Origin: Botryllus schlosseri
Taxonomy: Eukaryota
Direction: 5' to 3'
Length of the DNA stretch: 64,000 nt
Assembly (NCBI GenBank): GCA_051294905.1
Contig: CM119372.1
Span: forward strand, 15,502,001 to 15,566,000
Positions 22,767 to 36,639 of the stretch are shown piece after piece. Every line of letters starts with the position of its first letter. The stretch's first letter is position 1. Under the pieces are notes generated by a model. It was not told the origin of the DNA and searched no databases. It saw nothing but the letters and a program-made list of their open reading frames with translations. A program made the position numbers and the translations under genes.

Positions 22767-25700
22767 CTAAACGCAAATATTCTCAAAATTTGTATTAACA
22801 CGGAGCAGCGTTGACATTTCGATGTCCTTCTCTTTTCTACCGTCATCAAGTAGGCCCACACGCTCAGTCATGCAAGGAATTAACCTCGGTATCTGCCTTG
22901 TAGCTGTCGAATTACTGTAGGGCAACTCCATGACCATGGCGGTTACAGTGGTAGGAAGTTCGCTTTCGCAGCACCCGTCTCGGTATGACGTTTCCGTGAT
23001 TTTAGTGAAACCGTTACTTTTATGGAAATGCGAAGACCGAAAGCTGTGGCTTATCGCGAATAGAGCGGTTGGTGACGGACGCCGTGATAGGTTTGCTTCA
23101 TCATTTGCAGTCTGCAACGTCGAAAAATCCGGTATCACAGGCGCTCTGTGAGATAGTACCGAGAAACTATGCAGCAGCTTCACGAGCAGACTCGGAGCGC
23201 TGTTCGCTTCGCTTTCGAACAACCCGGATAGTCTGCGAGTCAAGGCTTCGAACGGGATTTGATCGGCGGCGCTGTAAGTCGGAGTGGCGTTGAATGTGGC
23301 GTTGTGTTGGTTTTGTAGTAGCTGGAGACATTTCTTGTAAGATACGGTACCCCAGCCTTTGGATGCGTAGTAAGGGTTGATGCCGCATAAGATTCCGTTC
23401 CACATCGGTATCCTGCTTCGGCAAATTCGTTTTGTGATGTTCTCGTATTCCCATTCCTCGTAGCTATAGTAAAAGAAGAATTTGTTAAAAACTTCGGCGA
23501 AGTCGAAACTCAATTGCAGGTGTGCAACGTTCCACCATGGTACGCTATCTCGGAACTTTGATAACGATTTGATTTGTGATTTTGGAAGAACGCTAAGTAA
23601 AGCATTTTGAAATGCTGAAATTGATTTCAGTTTCAAATTATTGTTGTTTATCAAAATAAGCTATTCGCCCGTGCCCAACAACACTATTCTGCACTAGCAG
23701 AAACGGCTTCGGCGTTGTACTAACGCATGGTTATTATTCGTCACAATTACTATTACTCCTATCATCGTACGTACGGTGTACTGTAAGTAATGCGATCGCG
23801 GCTTGTCAGTTGGCACTAGATTTCCCTGCTCTGGATATTCTTGTTAACTCACTGCAAAATGCTGCGGACAACGAGGCATTTTCAGGAAAACACTAAATTA
23901 GATTAGAATTAGAATTAAAGCATAGGACCATTTCACAAATTAGATTAGAATTAGAATTAGAGCATACAAACATTTCATAAATTAGATTAGAATTAGATTA
24001 CTGGCATTTCGCTCTAATTTAGTGAAATTAGACAACTAGAATTATCTAGTTGTCCAAGTCTGCCCGTACGCCTGCTAGATTTTTTTACATTAGACAACGA
24101 TGTATTCTTTTATTCTGTATGTCAATTTCACTGTGTTTGTTTGAATATGCATCATTCGCCGACTTCCCATATGTAGTGTATTTCGTTCTTGGTGTTGTGT
24201 TATTACGGGTCAAGCTCACGGCAGAGTGTCACTAAATATCCACAAACGGAAAGCTGACTATTTCGAGTGAGCTTTTGTAACAAATCAAGTAAAATATTTG
24301 AGATTGCCAAGGTGCATGCTCGTTTATTGTTGATTTTTTATGCTGCTAGCGCCATGCATAGAGTGGTCCGAAGTTGAAATGAAAAGGATGTCGACAAAAG
24401 TTGTTATAATGACGTCAAAAATTTTAATATATGAAAAAGGTTCACAGTGCAGAACCTACCAAGGTTCGTTTGTGAACGTGAGCCTCTAAATTTCTGAGAT
24501 TCACACACAGAACGTGAACGTGAACCTCACGTTCACACCGTCCCTAGTTTCAACTATGGTGCGTGTCCGAATATCGCATGAGGATCGAAGCCGAAGTTTA
24601 ATGCTAAAACAAATCCAGCAAAGGACGCACCGTTTAATTCTGTTAAAACTCTCTTCATCAATTTTCCTCAATTCGTATCTTTCGTAAGCGTCGTAAAACT
24701 CTTCATCCTTTGCGCACTCCCATCCCCCGCGAGATGAAGGCGGAACGAATAAAACCCCACCGATGATGACCCCCTGAAAACGATTTCACAGATAAAGCGA
24801 TGTTCGAACCGCAAGCGATCGCTCATCGACTATTATTTCCGAAAATCGAACCGATTTATTCAAGGTCAAGCGTGAAGGCGAGGTATATTTCTATCTGATC
24901 GTGAGTCACTTCGAGCGCGCGTCAAATTTCAATTATATCGTGTAATTATTTCTACGGAATCGCACAGATAAAATCGCCTCGAACCGGACTCATGTAACGC
25001 CCACCCGTAATAACCATATCCAAACAAGGGTCGATAAGATAATTATATATATGCCTGCGTGATGCATAAATGCAACACGAAAAATAATCCAGAGGTGGTC
25101 AAAGTTTCCAGCGCTAGTATTCAAGCAGAAATAGAAGTAACTCGAAAATAGTAGAGATTTCGAAGTGGAAGTATAAACAGCGATCTCTAAGACATGTCGA
25201 AACGACTTCAAATGACTTTCGCAATGACAGGATGCATCTTCGCGACTGATGGACTGATGGACTACACATCTCAAATGGGTCCGGTTTCAGTTCTAGAAAA
25301 TCTTTTCATTTTATTCAGTTTCTGGTGCATAGGGTTGTTTTGCATAGGACACTTTTTATGACAATTTTACTCATAATATTAATGCAAGCATACGTCAAAA
25401 CTACTTTCTGCATAATAAAATCCGAAGTGTAACAAGTAATTAGTTTAATCTAAAAAAGAAGAAGTGGAAGTAGTCCAAAATATATCTACTTGGGTAAGTA
25501 TTGTAAGTACGCAAATGCTACTTGAGAACTCCAAGAAAGTAGAAGTAATTCGTTACCCATATCCAAACCAATAACCATATCCAAACAAGGCGCGACTGTA
25601 TAAATGCATAAATGCCACGCGAATAATAATAAATGACACCACCTTCTGGGAGCTGTCCGATACTTTGATACATATGGGAAGCGATTTCCCGCGGCGAACT

Positions 25701-26657
25701 GTCACTTCGTAGACTGCGTCCAAATAGCTCCTCAGAAACGCCGGCCTTGTCGCGTCATTCCTGATGAGACGCAGGTAGAGAGGGTATCGCATGAACGCTT
25801 GCACCCAGCATTCTCTCAAGTCCTTCCATTCTTCCTCCAGACACAGAGCGACTGTAACTTCCCTGAAACGGTTTCGTTGTCATCACCATGCTGTATTCTG
25901 ATGAACAATGTTTGTAAAATTCCAAGTAGCTTAAAAGAGTTCACCCGCATTATTCACATTTTTGCACCATCAACCTGAATTCATATTGCTCGCGTGTATA
26001 TTACATAAATGGTATCTAAATCAAGATTAACCCTACCGGTTAAATTCGGGCTTAGATTCAACTGTCGACCGCCCTTAAAATGAGAAATATGTATGGTATA
26101 AGTTAATCAAATCTGCAGATATTGTCCTGCGTCTTGCTTCACCGAGCGAGACAGTGTAATGGTTATGCGTCCAGCTTCTCGAGCGGTAGGTCGTGGGTTC
26201 GATCCCCGGCCGGGTCATACCAAAGACTCGAAAATTGGTATCCGCAGCTATCCTGCTAGGCGCTCAGCAATCACGTATAGCATGGAGGAGAAAAAAAACG
26301 GATGACCTCATGGGCCGGTATCGCAACTCCGTCGTCAAAAGCATCTCGATGGTGCAGGCGAAAAAGAATATCATATCTCTCTCTTTCTCTCACCAATTTA
26401 TAAATGACTGTATGGTTAGGATAACACTTTTGGATCCGGCATAAATCTATGGTGATGAATTATGAGTGTTTGTGATCCAGAGGAACTGGCTGAGATGACT
26501 TTGGATTCATCAGTGACTCGTTATATGAGTTATGAATACAAAATGATCAACAACTGTAGACCTGGGCCAAGGGTTTATGACCAATTTTTCGACATCGCGT
26601 CCACCCAAAAAGTTTTCCTAGTACTACCAAATAACCACTATATCCTTACCTTTCCAT
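22767..26657 (-). CDS. GNAT-family N-acetyltransferase-like gene, paralog 2; complement(join(22767..23463,24631..24773,25643..25862,26650..26657)), ~355 aa
   Basis: Minus-strand exons translate EVTVALCLEEEWKDL..AFMRYPLY.., GVIIGGVLFVPPSSRGGWEC..FNRIKR and YEEWEYE..WNGILCGINPYYASKGWG..FAISH..HFHKSNGF, with the same intron phases as paralogs 1 and 3. A stop codon lies in frame just upstream of the 25862 acceptor, so an upstream exon is needed; ATG GAA AG|gtaagg at 26657-26650 is the best candidate (tentative). The donor after 25643 (gtggtg) is weak. Confidence 0.82.
23895..24000. repeat. minisatellite of AAATTAGATTAGAATTAGA units (3 copies, ~42-bp period)
   Basis: Read directly at ~23895, 23937 and 23979. 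Confidence 0.8.
24220..24546. mobile_element. MITE fragment (GTGAAC family) in an intron of paralog 2
   Basis: Homologous to ~18893-19018, ends GTTCACACCGTCCCTA. Confidence 0.55.
26140..26390 (+). mobile_element. tRNA-derived SINE, family A, copy 2
   Basis: A box CAGTGTAATGG, B box GGTTCGATCCC, body GGGTCATACCAAAGACTCGAAAATTGGTATCC..GCTAGGCGCTCAGCA, (TC)n tail. Confidence 0.8.
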
Positions 26658-29393
26658 TCTCGCCTTCAGGTGATGAAAATATTAGTCTATACTTTGCTTC
26701 CTTACCAAATCTCTCTATGATATTATTCTTCCATCGCACATAGTATCCTATTCCAAACAATATTATCACATAAGCGGTTTAAACAGCGCGACGCGAGTCG
26801 TATTTATATACAATCGCGAATATAGCCACCCTTTTTCGATATGTCAAATCGTTGCTCGAGTTCAAAAAGTCTCTTGTACAGAATAAAAAAATAAACAACG
26901 CTGTAAGTATTTAATTCAAATCGCGAAGAATCGGCTGCATTCTGTATACACGGCCACTTATTGATGTGAGACTCTCTCAAAGCATATTTACCGCCTAATA
27001 AAATACAATACAGCATGAGCAATCGTATATGAATGTAAACCCCCCAATTCCGATGTGTAAAATTTCATTTTATCAAAGTCCATATGATTGTATTTTCGTA
27101 AAATCCACTTTGATGAATAGGGTGAGTGTGCGTGCTTGCTTGCGGCCGGTGCATCCCTAACACTTTATATCTACAGCAAATAAACCCACGGATATCAGGA
27201 GTGTTCAATTGTTCATCAGTGACACTTCTGTAAGTCATCACACCAGCCTGTAATTACACCAATTTGGTGCTTCAATGGCGAAGAATGAGGCTAATGATAT
27301 ACGGGACCCTCAAAATTTCCATATATTTCAGACTTCAGAGATGATCTTTAGACATTCTTTTGTGGCAATCAATTAACAATCCTAGTCGTGTCATAAACTC
27401 TTCCAATTTATATCGTACTATTTTGACGGATAGAGGCGAAAGAATAGATCTCCTCATTATATACATGCAGAATTATTGCTACGAAACGTCCCTCGCCCAG
27501 GGAGCCTTTAGAATTAACGTGTAGGTCTGCGATCTATGTGCTTTGAAAGTAAGTGATATGTATATTCTCGATTCGACTAGCTCGCTCCACTGGAAATGGG
27601 ATCTCTATACACGGGCAAAAACATCAGAACCGCCCACCACTTTGACGGAAGACACTATACATGTATTATAGTGATAAGGTGTAATCAGATACAGTAGACA
27701 ATTCCATTGAATCTGTTATCGTAGCAACACGTAAACTCATCACCTCTAACAATCTCTTTTCCCACCACAATACCAGCAGGGAAATTTATGTTATATGCTG
27801 GCAATGCATAATCTGCTTGCCATTGACCGGGCACGAAGAGAGACGAATTCTTTTTATATTTCAATAGCATATTCTATTCATGAAATCCATTTTTGACTTT
27901 TTCGAAGGATTACATCCCAATTTCTGCCCCGGTCGTAACGTGATTTGTCTATTATTTATTTGATTGATTAGAAAATAATCATCTTAAAAATATTTAATTT
28001 CCCAGAGCAAATCACCGTAGACATTAACTGGATACTCTCTAAATGCCACAATCGTAATAGCAAGGCAAGTTGCGAAATAGATTATCGAGCCAGCTGACCG
28101 CAAATTATCTGCAATATGGTTATGTACTCGGAAACTATGCAACAATCGAGCGTTTTCGCAGAAAACGTGAGAAAGCTCGCTCAAAAAAACAATAATAATG
28201 AGTTTTTATTTATATATAGCACAGACAATTAAGGGACATATCCATTATTAATTTTCTACCTTGCGAAAATTATTTATCCGCTGATATGCTGGCTATTCCG
28301 GATTTTTGAGAAAGGCAATGTAGCCAAAGCTTGACTAAAAGGTTCGTACACTAAATACATCACTACTGTCTTTTTCATCTCAATCAAATGAAAGAAAAAG
28401 AATTTAGGATGGCCTCTCGAATTCTGATGAATCGTTTTAGGAATTGAAAACAAAAATGACTTGCGAACACACTGAAAGTTCTCACTTATAGCATCGGCGT
28501 TGCTATGCATTAATTTTTACTAGTATCATTTCATGCACCGTGCTCTCAGTATCAACTACTGGCGTCGTCGTAAATTGCTATAAAACCTTGACCCGGGAAA
28601 GATATTGCGCTCCAGAGTGAATTGATCACAACATCTAATATACCAACGACATATTCCGAGCAAATGCGTCAACCAGAAACTAATTGATGACATCAGAAGT
28701 GAATTTAGTCGTTGTTAAACGGCAGATTTGTTGGCATACGGGGTTCAAATTTCATTCCACGTAAGCTTCGTGTAAAGAAATTTGAATTTTTTAAAACCGC
28801 GTCAGATACAGGATGAGGGTCGGATAAACCCTTGGCGACCTTTTTTCAAATTGATGTTGATTTTTCTGTCGCGTTTCGCCCGTAGTCATACGGATAACCT
28901 TGCGATAAGAATACGTCGTTACACGCCCTTTACGTATCGAGATAATAGTCGGTCAGGATCCTATTTCGTAAAAGAGAAGTTCAGTTTGGTCTGTTGACAA
29001 AATTAACTAACTACGGAAGTGGCCAAGGGACAGTGCAGTCAAATTCGATCAAAGAATGCTGTCAACCCCGAGTCTTCAATTAAACACGAAGTAACTGGCG
29101 AACAATGTGAACACTGAACAGTCTAAACACGTATGAGCCCTACGAGACAATTAGTATCAGAGAATAGGCAAAGGAAACAATCGGTAACAAGACACTGTTG
29201 CATCCGAATAAATCATCAGTACGCAAATCAAGAATCTAAAAGTTATACTGAGCAGTTGAATTTTAATTTACATTTTGATACCACAAATAAAATTGCATCC
29301 ACGGATGGCTCACTATTTTTCTGCACGACGATACTTCATTGTTTTCGATCTGCGCAAGAGTCGATCAACTGATTCGAATATCCTTGTCGAAGT

Positions 29394-29665
29394 TTGTTGG
29401 TTTGTGGTATTCATGGTGTTTGTCGACTACTATGGTCATTTACACCAGGCCAATTTCCTTCATTTCTATTCCGTAGATGCTGACTAGTAGCACGGCCTAC
29501 TTCTAGGCTTTTATAAGACAACGTTTACTCGAATGAAATGGCTAGGAGGAACCTAGATAAACCTCTAACGATTAGGTAGGAGTTCTGGCGTCGACCTTGG
29601 CCGCACTCAAACAACCCATTGGTGTTGCAGCTGTGGATTATACCACTGCGCTATCTCGCCACGCT
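29394..29665 (-). mobile_element. SINE family B, full copy
   Basis: Homologous to 11936-12199; 10-bp TSD ttgtcgaagt (29384-29393, 29666-29675). Confidence 0.85.
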
Positions 29666-31317
29666 TTGTCGAAGTGAAAGAAAGTATATATGTGACCAAT
29701 ATGAACATGAACTTGCGACCTAAATGTCATGGAGTATTGTTAGCCAGCCCGAATCGGACTGAAATCTTTGGTATCAAACGTAAATGGCGCCATGTAAATG
29801 TCCATCTTCCTCTGCACACGAATATTGACTTACGGCTTGTTCTGTGTCAACCCTGATATCGTTAAACAGTTAATATAATCAGATATATCATTAGAATATG
29901 TAATGCATTGTCTGCTGTAGTAGCATGGCGGATGATATTCGCGAAATAAACCCTCGCGTGAATTATGTAACAAACAAACAAACAAACATTGTAATGATAT
30001 AGCGCGTTTTAGACCAAGTACACCAGCCTATTTGGTTTCCGCAGGCACAGCTTTCAGGAAGACTGTTACTCAACATTTCGTTGACCTTGTGGTCTTATTC
30101 GCGAGCGAATTGTGGTGTCGCTTTTACGTTCGAGGCCGTGTAATTTCGGCGGCGATTTTCCGATAACATTTTCCGCGGCGGGAGTCACACAGGTTTCTTT
30201 CCGGTCGTGTATATACAAACATAGCGCGGGGCGACCGTGACGCTCCACAGAAGCCATTGAAGTCGTAGACGGACTCTATGCACGAAAGCACCTCTGCTTT
30301 CCTCAATTCAATAATTTCAGATACGAATCCTGTTCCGGATATGACATGCAAATCCGCGTCCGAATCCACAGTAAATTTCGTATCCTGTCCAAATCGCAGT
30401 TTGCATCCCGTGGTGGCTGAAGTTTTCTAAAAAAGTTGCATGAAAACTGTGAATTATTAGAAATTCCATTTCCAAGTCCAGTTCCTGTGTTAATTCGGTC
30501 AAAATCGTTCCTGTCAAACCAACCCAAATCCAAATCCAAGCTCGTCTCTCTTGTGCAACAGCCTGCTTTTCCATTCCGCGAGCCTTGTCGCCGCGAGAGA
30601 ATAACTTGCATGCGGGATTCCGTAAATCTTGTAATCATTATCGTATTAAATGTCGACGGTTTGATGTCGCCGGCTTATTCGGTTTCGCGGGCAATTTTGC
30701 GCGACCGTCAACAAAAGAACACTAAATTACGGATTCGGGTTGATCGCAGAAGGCCAAATTGAGCGAATTTTCGTTCCGTTTAGGAATGTCATTTGACTCC
30801 ATCCACAACCTTATCGGACATAATCCTGCCTTATCATATTTGACAGAGTGTATTTGGGTGCATCACGTGTAGCACGTAATTCCCACGATGGTCTCGTAGT
30901 ATAGAAACATAGAATCTAATAAAAGTGGATCGGTTCCTAATTCCTCGCGAATAGACTGATGCATCGCATCTAGCAAATCTTATGATACCGCGGCAAATGT
31001 ATCCATCCTGTTTAATACCAGAATGTAACATTGCAGCAATCGTATGTGCGCAGAGCATGCCTCAATGCACACATTGTACAGTTCACAGATTACACCATCC
31101 ATGTGCGATTATAAATCCAAACACGGATATCATTTCAGTTTCTAATAGTAGCACTGGCTTATGAATTTAAGGATATAATAGGCGTCGGCATCATGTTACG
31201 CATGATACTATGCGTTATTCATTAAAACTACGTGTCTAAATCTCAACAATTCCATGACTTATTATTTTAAACATTTAGTAGGAGCGTTAAACATGAGAAG
31301 ATATACCACTGATCCAA

Positions 31318-31580
31318 GGTGGAGAGATAGTGTAGAGGTATATATAATCCACAACTGCAATACCAATAGGTTGCGGGTTCAAGTCCGACTGAGGTCGATT
31401 CCGGAATCCCTTCCCTAAGTATTGGAGGTTTATCTATAGGCTCCTCCTCGCCATCCGATCTGCCTTCAAAAGTCTAGAAGTCGGCTGCGCTACAAGTCGA
31501 CAGATATGGAATCTTAATAAAGGAACGTCGGTCTGGTGTTAATAGCCATTGTGTGCAACCGATCCCAAAACATGATAAAC
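31318..31580 (+). mobile_element. SINE family B, diverged copy
   Basis: Head GTGGAGAGATAGTGTAGAGG, B box GGTTCAAGTCC, body GGAGGTTTATCTATAGGCTCCTCCTCGCC. Confidence 0.7.
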
Positions 31581-32608
31581 CGCTGGCGAAATGTTCAATT
31601 CGGTTTCAATGAGAGACAAACGTTGGGTAATATATACGTGATTACGCATGCGATGTGTGTAAATGCAGCCTCCAACCACATTTCCGAAGTAGGGTGTTAT
31701 TTTCCATTAATACAAGCTGATACGATCGAACATTACCGAGACGCCTTACCAGTGCAATGGGAGTTCACAAGAAGTCTGGAAAATAATCCATGACAGTTGA
31801 CAGCCGTCAAGTATACATCGTACAATAAACATCATTCATGTCGATTTGAGTGATTTGGTTGGCATGGAGACACCTTTACCGCCGAGGCCGGTAATGACTT
31901 TCCCCCCGACTGACCCGAAGCTTTCACGCCGTCACGATTCGATGTCGATGACTGCATCAGTGCATAACTCTAACTATCGCAAGTACAGAATCGAACAAGG
32001 CCAAAATACCGATAATCCGATGCTGTAGGTACTCGGAGAACTTCTCCTCGAACGATTCACATGTTGTTTCGCTATGAAATTGTTAGCCGTCGGTGACTTG
32101 GTGTATGGGCTACGTCTCAATCACAACGCAACTCGACGCGCCTGTCACGAGTTGGCGCATAACAGAGAATGGATTACATTCGGAACGGATTTCTTGGCAG
32201 CCACCAACCGGGAGCACGTGTAGAAACCGATTACACACGACACAGGTGAGTGGTAAGTCGTCCACAGATATCTATGGATATAAATATCAGTATATACAGA
32301 TATCAGATATATCAATAGCCAATGCAGAACAGCATTTATACAACATCTGAATGGGTGAAAACCGCGATACTCATGGTGGCGCTAAAGCATTATTACAATA
32401 CAAATCCGATGAACTATACCTATCAATTTGTGTGGCTTTCCGAATCGCTTCCGCGAAGCTGTTGGCCGTACGCACGCTGGCGGCAGGCGTATCCACAGGG
32501 CACAAATGGCATGATTTCCCGAAATGCAAAATTTTGATCATTGCCACCCCATTACATCCGTGGTGTCGCAGTGATAATAAAATGACTTACCGTAGGTCCA
32601 TTCAACAG

Positions 32609-33410
32609 TAGGGGTGTTCAAAAATGACTATTTTTTCTCATATTGTACTGGCTACTTGATAAAATTGTTAGGTTACCTAATTTAAGTTTACACACCAAAT
32701 TTGCTTCAATTGCAGCCAGTAGCCGCATTGCTACAGGAGAAGAAAGTTTATATTTATTATATAAAAATAAACAAACACATATTTCAAAATTTCCTGTTCA
32801 CCCCATGAAAGTGTTAGGTTGTCTATAGAAACGACGTTCACCAAATTTGGTTCAATTCCAACCAATGGAAGCGGAGTTATTGCCGTCGAAAAATTTGGAT
32901 TATCAATAAAATAGTATTTACGGTGACCAATTCCTTAATGATTTATGGTAACTGTGTCCACCGTAAATACTATTTTATTCAAATCCAAATTTTTTCGAGA
33001 GGGGCCGTTCACACTTCCATATGTGTACCTTGGAGTCGACTTTTATCAAAATACACCAGCCAGGAGTTCGTGTACCACCTGGGAATAGTGCATAGAACGC
33101 TCTCTCATTCGAAATTTCATGCTGGTGACCTCATATTTTGTGATACTATTGTTGATGTACAATGTTCTCTCCAATTCTCTACTAGTTGCTGACGATTACC
33201 CCTGACGAGTGTCAGCCGAAAATATTCGGGCTCATTTCAATATGAATATACTATTCAATTATATATTAAATAGAAACTTTCTTCTGTAGCAATGCGGCTA
33301 CTGGCTGGAATTGAACCAAATTTCGTGTGTAGGCTTAAATTAGGTAACCTAACAATTTTATCAAGTAGCCAGTACAATTTGAGAAAAAAAGTCATTATTG
33401 AACATCCCTA
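32609..33410. mobile_element. MITE with long (~130-bp or more) TIRs
   Basis: TAGGGGTGTTCAA..CAGCCAGTAGCCGCATTGCTACAG mirrored at 33284-33410; flanking repeat ttcaacag (8 bp), readable as attcaacagt (10 bp). Confidence 0.88.
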
Positions 33411-33523
33411 TTCAACAGTCCCACTACACAGGCCCAATTCAGTGCAAATGTTTCATAAGGTCGTATGTATCAGAATGTTAATACTCAGCAATCGGCGTAC
33501 AGGCGGGACCCATATCCCAACAG

Positions 33524-34027
33524 TAGGGCTGGGCAAAATCGAGTACCAGAGTGATTCGATTCTGATTCACGTATTACGCTTCGAGTCGAGTATCACTCAT
33601 TATGACGTCACACCAGAATATCCTGTGTTGAAGTTCAAATACGTACCTTTTATGCCACCACAAGGAATGTAATGCCTGTTATCCGTCACATCAACGATAC
33701 TTTGGTATTTTTTCGACCATACCGATTTCATTGCACTTGTTGACAATGTTGCGGGATGATCATGATTCGGAAATGTGTTATTTCCGTTCCGTTCCGTTCG
33801 TAGCTCTGTACTTTGATCGCAAGCTGCGACACGGCCAAGCCAGTTTTCAAGGCTTACTCAGTGGAAAATAGTATCAAAACTATAATTTTCGTTACTAAAT
33901 TAGCTTTCAGTTGCGAGGAGCGATTAATTTCAGTACTCAAAAAAATCGTCTTTTACTACTCGACTCGAATTATTAAAATTAAAACTCGATTCAGATTCGA
34001 GTACTCGAATCGTTGTGCCCTGCCCTA
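33524..34027. mobile_element. hAT-like MITE (TAGGGCTGGGCA termini)
   Basis: TIR TAGGGCTGGGCA / TGCCCTGCCCTA, TSD cccaacag / cgcaacag, ACTCGA subterminal repeats; relative at ~40011-40470. Confidence 0.82.
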
Positions 34028-36000
34028 CGCAACAGTACTTTCATTTCAATGTCCCATTCAAACTCCCTACTGTTAATGACTATATCGCATGACCTATAGT
34101 TAAATTGCTGAAATGGTCTACGTGTTGGCGCTGATTCGCATCATCTCGTTAAATAATAACTTTCATTGAGGCTATTGTTGTTATGCGTTGGATTCAAGAA
34201 CTTGATGTCAGTTGTTTCAATGATAACAAATTCCGTTGGCTAAATTTCCATAGGGCTTCAATTAGCAAAACATGGCCAAGCTATACCGGCTTCTCCAATA
34301 TCTCGAATGTCCGATATTTTTACGTGTTTGTTGATCGCATAGTTAAACCTTGTTCATTTAAAATTGATAAACCCGCACTGTGTTGCCCGTTCTCCCGCGC
34401 CGCGCGAATTATACTTGATTTCTTTTCATTTACTCGAAGAAATAGTATTTATTGACCGCACATTGCATCAATGGCAATAAAACATTTCGAAATTACTTTG
34501 GGGTGTGGGGAGAAAGATATTCTATCTAGATCGTTCTCACGACGGATAATTGCAGACACGACGCAACTTGCATCGTGCATCTGATCGTTAGTGCGTCAAA
34601 ATAAGTTCCTTTCATTATAAGTAATATCCACGCCGAGATTAAAGGACACCATCGTGTTATTTACTATTCAAATGTTTTCATACAATGTGAATTAATCAAT
34701 TAGGCAGTCACCGCGTTCGCACTTGAACTATACGGAGAGCATTTGATGTCAAGCGGCAAATTAAGATCAGCTGCTTCCTTTCTAATTTGTCTTGCGTTCG
34801 ATGAATCTCTTTAGGTTAATTTATAGCCACGATAAACCACGACATGTGCGATGTAGTGAGCTTGTACGTACCAGGCGCCGTGTGAATAGTTCAAATTGAA
34901 ATCGTTGGTACGTCTGAGATGGGCCTTTGTGGTAACTGAGGTGTGACGATGATTTAGATTATTCGATAATGATAAATGCAGCATTGGCATCAACATTGGA
35001 TTATTATCGGGCCCTGAACTTGCACGTCTGAAAACTTATCAAGGACGTGTGTAACGATTTAGCATTCGCGAGTGAGACATACTCAGAGAGATTTGTTGTT
35101 ATAATTGAGCAAGAATCTGGGGTTAAACATAATAACAAACGCGATCGTCTGCTGTGGTGTAATGCGTCCACCACATTTGTAGCCTACGTACAAGCATATC
35201 ACTCAATATTCATGTTTTAGCGACAGCAGGAGTCTTGATTATCATGCCTTTGGTATTCGTGTCTATTGCATCGTCAGGTGTATGGCCCGTATGAAAAGTC
35301 CAATGATGAAGTAGAAACTTTGGCGTCATACCTGATTTCGCGAAAGCTTGTCTTTTATTGAAGCAATCTCAGCCTGGAGGTTGAACAGTTATGACACCAA
35401 CACCAACTTGTTTGGATGACCAGTCGTACACGGGAACCGGAGAATTGACTGGTCTCCACCAGCAAAAGTGAAAATTCTAAAAACCTGGGGCTTTAGGAAG
35501 CGTAGGCCCTGGAAATTAGTTCGACTCTGGTATGACGTCGATCTGATCATGATACTCCCGACATTCAATGACTGAACACAGGAAAAAAACCGTTGCATAA
35601 CCATAAATATACAACAAATATCAATAACTCTACTGTTGCCGCATAAGGTGTCATAGTATTTTTTTGCTTTGGTATGTAATATGCAACATTAATGCATTCC
35701 ATTTTTGAGGTGACCCGACACCCGAGTCAAGTCAACTCAAGTGGATCCACGGCAGGATTCAAGTCACAGCATTTTGTAAGTTGATTGAAGTACAGATTGA
35801 GTCGCTGTATAACCTCAATCCAAGCCTAAACCTAAATAGAGGATAGGATACGAAATCTCTGAAAGTTAAAACAAATTGATATAGTGCAATACAGAATCCC
35901 CGTACACATCCATGAGATACAATTCAAGGAGAAATTTCAGTAACACTAATCACACTGAATCGGTTTTATGCAGCTCCTCTATCCATATATTATATATATC

Positions 36001-36453
36001 CAGTGGTGGCTTTTGGGGTGGGCGAGGTGGGTGGTCACCCGGGCCCCCCTGGTCGAAGGGCCCCCCTATTTGGATTATCCGCCTTTTTCAATGATAATAA
36101 CGAATAAACATGGGAATACGTGTACCAAGCAAGAATATGATTCCGTACATATGTGTCAATCATCATCAAATCTCTGCATTTGTTAGAAAAGTCCCGTATT
36201 CCGATAATCATCACGTCTCTGCATGCGGTAGAATTGCTTAGTTTTAATGTTGTCTATCCTTGCACACATGCAATAATAGACATGGCCGAATCCAGCACCT
36301 GGCAAAACCTTGCCGGGGTGAAAGATAGATGATAATAACAGATGCGAAAGGGGGGTCTGGGGGGGGGCGGAGCCCCCATAAGTTACGATTGGATACTTAA
36401 AGGCCCCCCCGGTAAGTCTCGCCCGCCCCCCCCCGTTCGTAGGGCCACCACTG
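36001..36453. mobile_element. hAT-like MITE
   Basis: CAGTGGTGGC / GCCACCACTG termini, perfect TSD tatatatc. Confidence 0.85.
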
Positions 36454-36639
36454 TATATATCTACATACTATCGTGGATCTAGATGTCCCGGTTTAACCGA
36501 TATCCGTAAAACGTAGCATGTTAACAGAAAAAAATATATGATTATTTACATGAGTGAGGTTTGCGTCACAGGACGTTAATAAAACTAAGATTAGGGTTGC
36601 GCTCCAAAAATTTTAGAACCACTGCATATATTACTACTA

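Noticed and set aside
23464..23654. N-terminal ~63 aa of the 295-aa ORF
   Set aside because: Intronic read-through upstream of the pyrimidine-rich acceptor at 23464; homology to the paralogs starts at YEEWE.
23895..24000. Regularly spaced repeats resembling a CRISPR array
   Set aside because: Eukaryotic intron, low-complexity units, similar rather than unique spacers, no cas genes.
26140..26212. tRNA genes here and at 2510, 31318 and ~52200
   Set aside because: A/B boxes are present, but each continues into a shared SINE body and I could not build a full cloverleaf.
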